Assembly: GCA_963727445.1 (NCBI GenBank)
Contig: CAVSGI010000006.1
Coordinates: forward strand, 704,001-768,000
DNA from: an uncultured delta proteobacterium
Lineage (GTDB): Bacteria; Myxococcota_A; Polyangia; Polyangiales; B10-G4
Direction of reading: 5' to 3'
Length of the DNA: 64,000 nucleotides
Shown here: one piece after another, positions 60,722 to 64,000 of the stretch
Layout: each line of letters starts with the position of its first letter
Numbering within the stretch: position 1 is the first letter of the stretch
Made by a program: the position numbers and the translations under genes
Notes under the pieces: generated by a model
Database searches by the model: none
Told to the model about the DNA's origin: nothing
What the model saw: the letters and a program-made list of their open reading frames with translations, nothing else

Positions 60722-61513
60722 GTGATGGATCCAGCGCGTACCAAGGTCGTCATCCTAGCCGGAGGGCTTGGCACTCGGCTCGCCGAAGAGACCGACATCC
60801 GCCCGAAACCGATGGTCGAGATCGGTGGGCGCCCAATCCTCTGGCACATCATGAAGGCCTTCAGCCACTTCGGCTTCAAGGACTTCTACATCGCCCTCGG
60901 CTACAAGGGTGACTACATCAAGCGCTACTTCGTCGACTACACGAATCTCCAGGGCTCGATGACCGTGGACCTGGGGAGTGGGGAGGTCGTTCGCCGGCAT
61001 GCGCCGGACGAAGATTGGCAGGTGCACCTCATCGAGACAGGGTACGCGACTAACACTGGTGGCCGGGTCAGGCGTCTCGAACCGTACTTGAAGGAAGGTC
61101 CGTTCATCGTCACCTACGGTGACGGGGTTGCTGATATCGACGTCAAGGCGCTCACCGAATTTCACGAGAGAACCAATACCATCGCGACGGTGAGCGCTGT
61201 GCGCCCTCCGGCGCGGTTCGGAGGGATTCTCTTCGACGGCGACCTCGTGAGGAACTTCACCGAGAAGCCACAGGTCGGCGAAGGATGGATCAACGGTGGG
61301 TTCATGGTGCTCGAGCCGGCCGTCTTCGATTACTTGGATGGTGACGACACGAGCCTCGAAGCGCATGCACTCGAGCGGCTGGCGGGCGAACGGCAGCTGT
61401 CTGCTTACCGGCACGAGGGCTTCTGGCAGTGCATGGACACTCTCCGGGACAAGCAGTTGTTGGAACGCTACTGGGCCAACAATGACGCGCCATGGCAGTT
61501 TTGGGTCCGATGA
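60722..61513 (+). CDS. rfbF: glucose-1-phosphate cytidylyltransferase
   Basis: [33 protein letters not shown] and [10 protein letters not shown]. Confidence 0.93.
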   Translation: MMDPARTKVVILAGGLGTRLAEETDIRPKPMVEIGGRPILWHIMKAFSHFGFKDFYIALGYKGDYIKRYFVDYTNLQGSMTVDLGSGEVVRRHAPDEDWQVHLIETGYATNTGGRVRRLEPYLKEGPFIVTYGDGVADIDVKALTEFHERTNTIATVSAVRPPARFGGILFDGDLVRNFTEKPQVGEGWINGGFMVLEPAVFDYLDGDDTSLEAHALERLAGERQLSAYRHEGFWQCMDTLRDKQLLERYWANNDAPWQFWVR

Positions 61514-62487
61514 CCACTGCATTTTGGCTGGACAGACCGGTCCTCGTCACTGGAGCGACCGGACTCGTCGGCAATTGGCTCACTGCCGCTTTGGTGGAAG
61601 CTGGGGCGGACGTGACGGCGCTCGTCCGAGACTGGGTTCCCAAGAGCGAGCTGGTGCGCTCTGGAATGATCGAGCGGGTCAACGTCGTTCGGGGCGACGT
61701 GCGAGACCAGGCCCTTCTCGAGCGCGTGCTCGGGGAGAACGAGATCAGCGTCGTCATCCACCTCGCAGCGCAGACGATAGTCGGAATCGCAAACCGCAAC
61801 CCGGTCTCGACTTTCGAAACCAACATCGCGGGAACGTGGTCTCTCCTCGAGGCGTGTCGACGGAGCCCGAAAGTGAGCCAGATCGTCGTCGCTTCGTCGG
61901 ACAAGGCCTATGGGGATCAGGAAAAGCTGCCCTATGACGAGTCCTGCCCTCTGCAGGGCCGCCACCCATACGATGTCAGCAAGAGCTGCGCAGATCTAAT
62001 TTCCCTGAGCTACGCGCACACGTACGAGTTGCCGGTTTGCATTACCCGCTGCGGCAACTTTTACGGCGGTGGGGACCTGAACTGGAACCGCATCATTCCG
62101 GGAACAATCCGTTCGATCATCCGGGGAGAGCGCCCGATCATCCGGTCCGACGGAAAGTTCGTGCGCGACTACTTCTACGTCGAGGACGGCGCACACGCGT
62201 ACATGTGGCTCGCCGAGAAGATGTCCCAGGATCCTTCACTGCATGGCGAAGCGTTCAACTTCTCCAACGAGATTCGCGTCGACGTACTCGAGATCGTTGG
62301 ACGCATTCGAGAGGTGATGGGATCGGAGCTAGAGCCTGAGATCCTCAACGAGGCATCGAACGAGATCCGTGTCCAGTATCTCGACTCCGGTAAGGCGCGA
62401 AAGCTGCTGGGCTGGTCCCCACGCTTCGACTTGGACAAAGGCCTCCAGCGGACCGTGTCCTGGTACCGCAACGTCCTGGGTGCGTAA
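61510..62487 (+). CDS. NAD-dependent nucleotide-sugar 4,6-dehydratase/epimerase (CDP-glucose 4,6-dehydratase-like)
   Basis: [26 protein letters not shown] and [10 protein letters not shown]. Confidence 0.88.
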   Translation: MTTAFWLDRPVLVTGATGLVGNWLTAALVEAGADVTALVRDWVPKSELVRSGMIERVNVVRGDVRDQALLERVLGENEISVVIHLAAQTIVGIANRNPVSTFETNIAGTWSLLEACRRSPKVSQIVVASSDKAYGDQEKLPYDESCPLQGRHPYDVSKSCADLISLSYAHTYELPVCITRCGNFYGGGDLNWNRIIPGTIRSIIRGERPIIRSDGKFVRDYFYVEDGAHAYMWLAEKMSQDPSLHGEAFNFSNEIRVDVLEIVGRIREVMGSELEPEILNEASNEIRVQYLDSGKARKLLGWSPRFDLDKGLQRTVSWYRNVLGA

Positions 62488-63731
62488 TGGGCACTTGGTC
62501 GAATCGAGAAGACCATTGTCGCATCTGTGAGGGAAGCGACCTCGTGCCGCTGCTCTCTTTGGGTGAGACTCCCCTCGCGAACCGCCTCTTGACGCCCGAA
62601 ACGCTGGAGGAGCCGGAGCCCACCTTCCCGCTGGAACTGGTCTTCTGTCCTCAGTGCTCGCTCGTACAGATCACCGAGACCGTCGACCCAGAACTGCTCT
62701 TTGGGCACTATCTCTACTTGTCGTCCTTCTCGGACACCATGGTTCGACACGCCGAAGAGCTGGTCGACCGATTGGTGCGCGAGCGGCGACTCGGGCCGTC
62801 GTCGCTTGCTGCGGAAGTCGCAAGTAACGATGGGTATCTCCTACAGCACTACGTTAACCGCGGGGTTCAGGTGCTCGGCATCGAGCCCGCCAGGAATATC
62901 GCCGCGGTGGCGGAAGAGAAGGGGATCCGCACTCGATCAATATTCTTCGGAAAGGACGCGGCGTTGGATTTGGTGGCCGAAGGGTTTGCCCCCGACGTAA
63001 TCCACGCCAATAACGTCCTCGCACACGTCGCGGACCTTCGCGGAGTCGCTGCGGGTTTCAAGATCCTTCTCGCTGATGGTGGTGTGGTCATCATCGAAGC
63101 TCCATACGTGAAGCCGATGCTCGACCATTGCGAATTCGACACCATCTACCACGAGCATCTCTGCTACTTCTCACTGCGGGCGGTCGAGACGCTCTTCGCC
63201 CAACAAGATATGGTGGTCACGCACGTGGAGCGCTTGGCGATTCATGGTGGGTCGATTCGCTACTACGTGGCCCACGAGACGGCTGAGACTGTACCTTCCG
63301 AGGCGCTGGAGGCGCTTCGCGCCGAGGAGGAGTCGTGGGGCGTGGACAGCGTTGACGCATATCTGGACTTCGCCAAGAAGGTGGAGACGCTCAGGAGGGA
63401 ACTGTCTGCACTCCTTCTCCGACTCAGGAACCAGGGGAAGCGCATTGCGGCCTACGGAGCGGCGGCGAAGGGCAGCACCCTGCTCAACTACTGTCGGCTT
63501 CCGGCCGGGACGCTGACGTTCGTTGCGGATCGCTCCACGGTGAAGCAAGGACACTTTATGCCCGGCGTGAGGCTCCCAATCCGATCGCCGGACGCGTTGC
63601 TCCAGGAGCGTCCAGACTATGTGCTCCTGCTGGTGTGGAACTTCGCTGAAGAGGTCATGAAGCAGCAAGCCGAGTACCGCGCAGGTGGAGGACGATTCAT
63701 CATTCCGGTGCCGTCGCCCCGAGTGGTGTGA
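62487..63731 (+). CDS. NDP-hexose C-methyltransferase (zinc-binding N-domain + SAM domain)
   Basis: CRIC..CPQC, EVASNDGYLL, FDTIYHEH and YGAAAKGSTLLN. Confidence 0.88.
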   Translation: MGTWSNREDHCRICEGSDLVPLLSLGETPLANRLLTPETLEEPEPTFPLELVFCPQCSLVQITETVDPELLFGHYLYLSSFSDTMVRHAEELVDRLVRERRLGPSSLAAEVASNDGYLLQHYVNRGVQVLGIEPARNIAAVAEEKGIRTRSIFFGKDAALDLVAEGFAPDVIHANNVLAHVADLRGVAAGFKILLADGGVVIIEAPYVKPMLDHCEFDTIYHEHLCYFSLRAVETLFAQQDMVVTHVERLAIHGGSIRYYVAHETAETVPSEALEALRAEEESWGVDSVDAYLDFAKKVETLRRELSALLLRLRNQGKRIAAYGAAAKGSTLLNYCRLPAGTLTFVADRSTVKQGHFMPGVRLPIRSPDALLQERPDYVLLLVWNFAEEVMKQQAEYRAGGGRFIIPVPSPRVV

Positions 63732-63733
63732 CC

Positions 63734-64000
63734 ATGCGGTTCGTCGAAACGACTCTCGCTGGGGCCTACGTGGTGGAGGTCGAGCCCCAAGAAGATGAAC
63801 GGGGACTCTTTGCGCGCACCTTCTGTGCGAATGAGATGCGCTCCGCCGGGCTCGACCCGCGTTGTGTGCAATGCAACGTCTCCTTCAACGCGCGTGGCGG
63901 CACCCTTCGCGGCATGCACTGGCAGGCCGCTCCTCATGGCGAGATCAAGTTGGTGCGCTGCACGTCAGGGCGGATATTCGACGTTATCGTCGATATTCGC
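63734..64000 (+). CDS. rfbC: dTDP-4-dehydrorhamnose 3,5-epimerase family protein, 3' truncated (absent from ORF track)
   Basis: MRFVETTLAGAYVVE..DERGLFARTF..GTLRGMHWQ..KLVRC..IFDVIVDIR. Confidence 0.88.
   Translation, partial: MRFVETTLAGAYVVEVEPQEDERGLFARTFCANEMRSAGLDPRCVQCNVSFNARGGTLRGMHWQAAPHGEIKLVRCTSGRIFDVIVDIR

Noticed and set aside
1..64000. tRNA, rRNA, integrase, transposase or prophage genes
   Set aside because: None recognised in the ORFs or intergenic regions by eye. tRNAscan-SE/Infernal were not run.

Overview
High-GC bacterial chromosome segment. The gene content points to Myxococcota, probably a Polyangia/Sandaracinus-like lineage (inference): a romR-like regulator next to valS, a Glt-like TPR/TonB cluster, Cys-rich lipoproteins and several sigma54 enhancer-binding proteins. 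Housekeeping genes include valS, trmB, ogt, sodB, lysC, dacB and an HD hydrolase. The window also has two ECF sigma/anti-sigma pairs, a group-2 sigma70 preceded by sigma54-type promoters, a GldA/F/G-like ABC operon, an octaheme cytochrome and an 11.6-kb Glt-like envelope/motility operon. It ends in the start of a lower-GC nucleotide-sugar cluster. Notable non-coding structure: three 138-bp tandem hairpin repeats starting inside an RRM gene; a 98-bp MITE-like element with perfect 31-bp inverted repeats; two related multi-hairpin intergenic elements; and a recurring TAnnnT box 5-8 nt before start codons, suggesting leaderless mRNAs. Many genes, especially at 49.3-56.1 kb, carry single-base insertions that look like uncorrected long-read errors rather than real pseudogenes. 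No tRNA, rRNA, CRISPR array or transposase was recognised. All calls come from reading motifs by eye; no searches were run.
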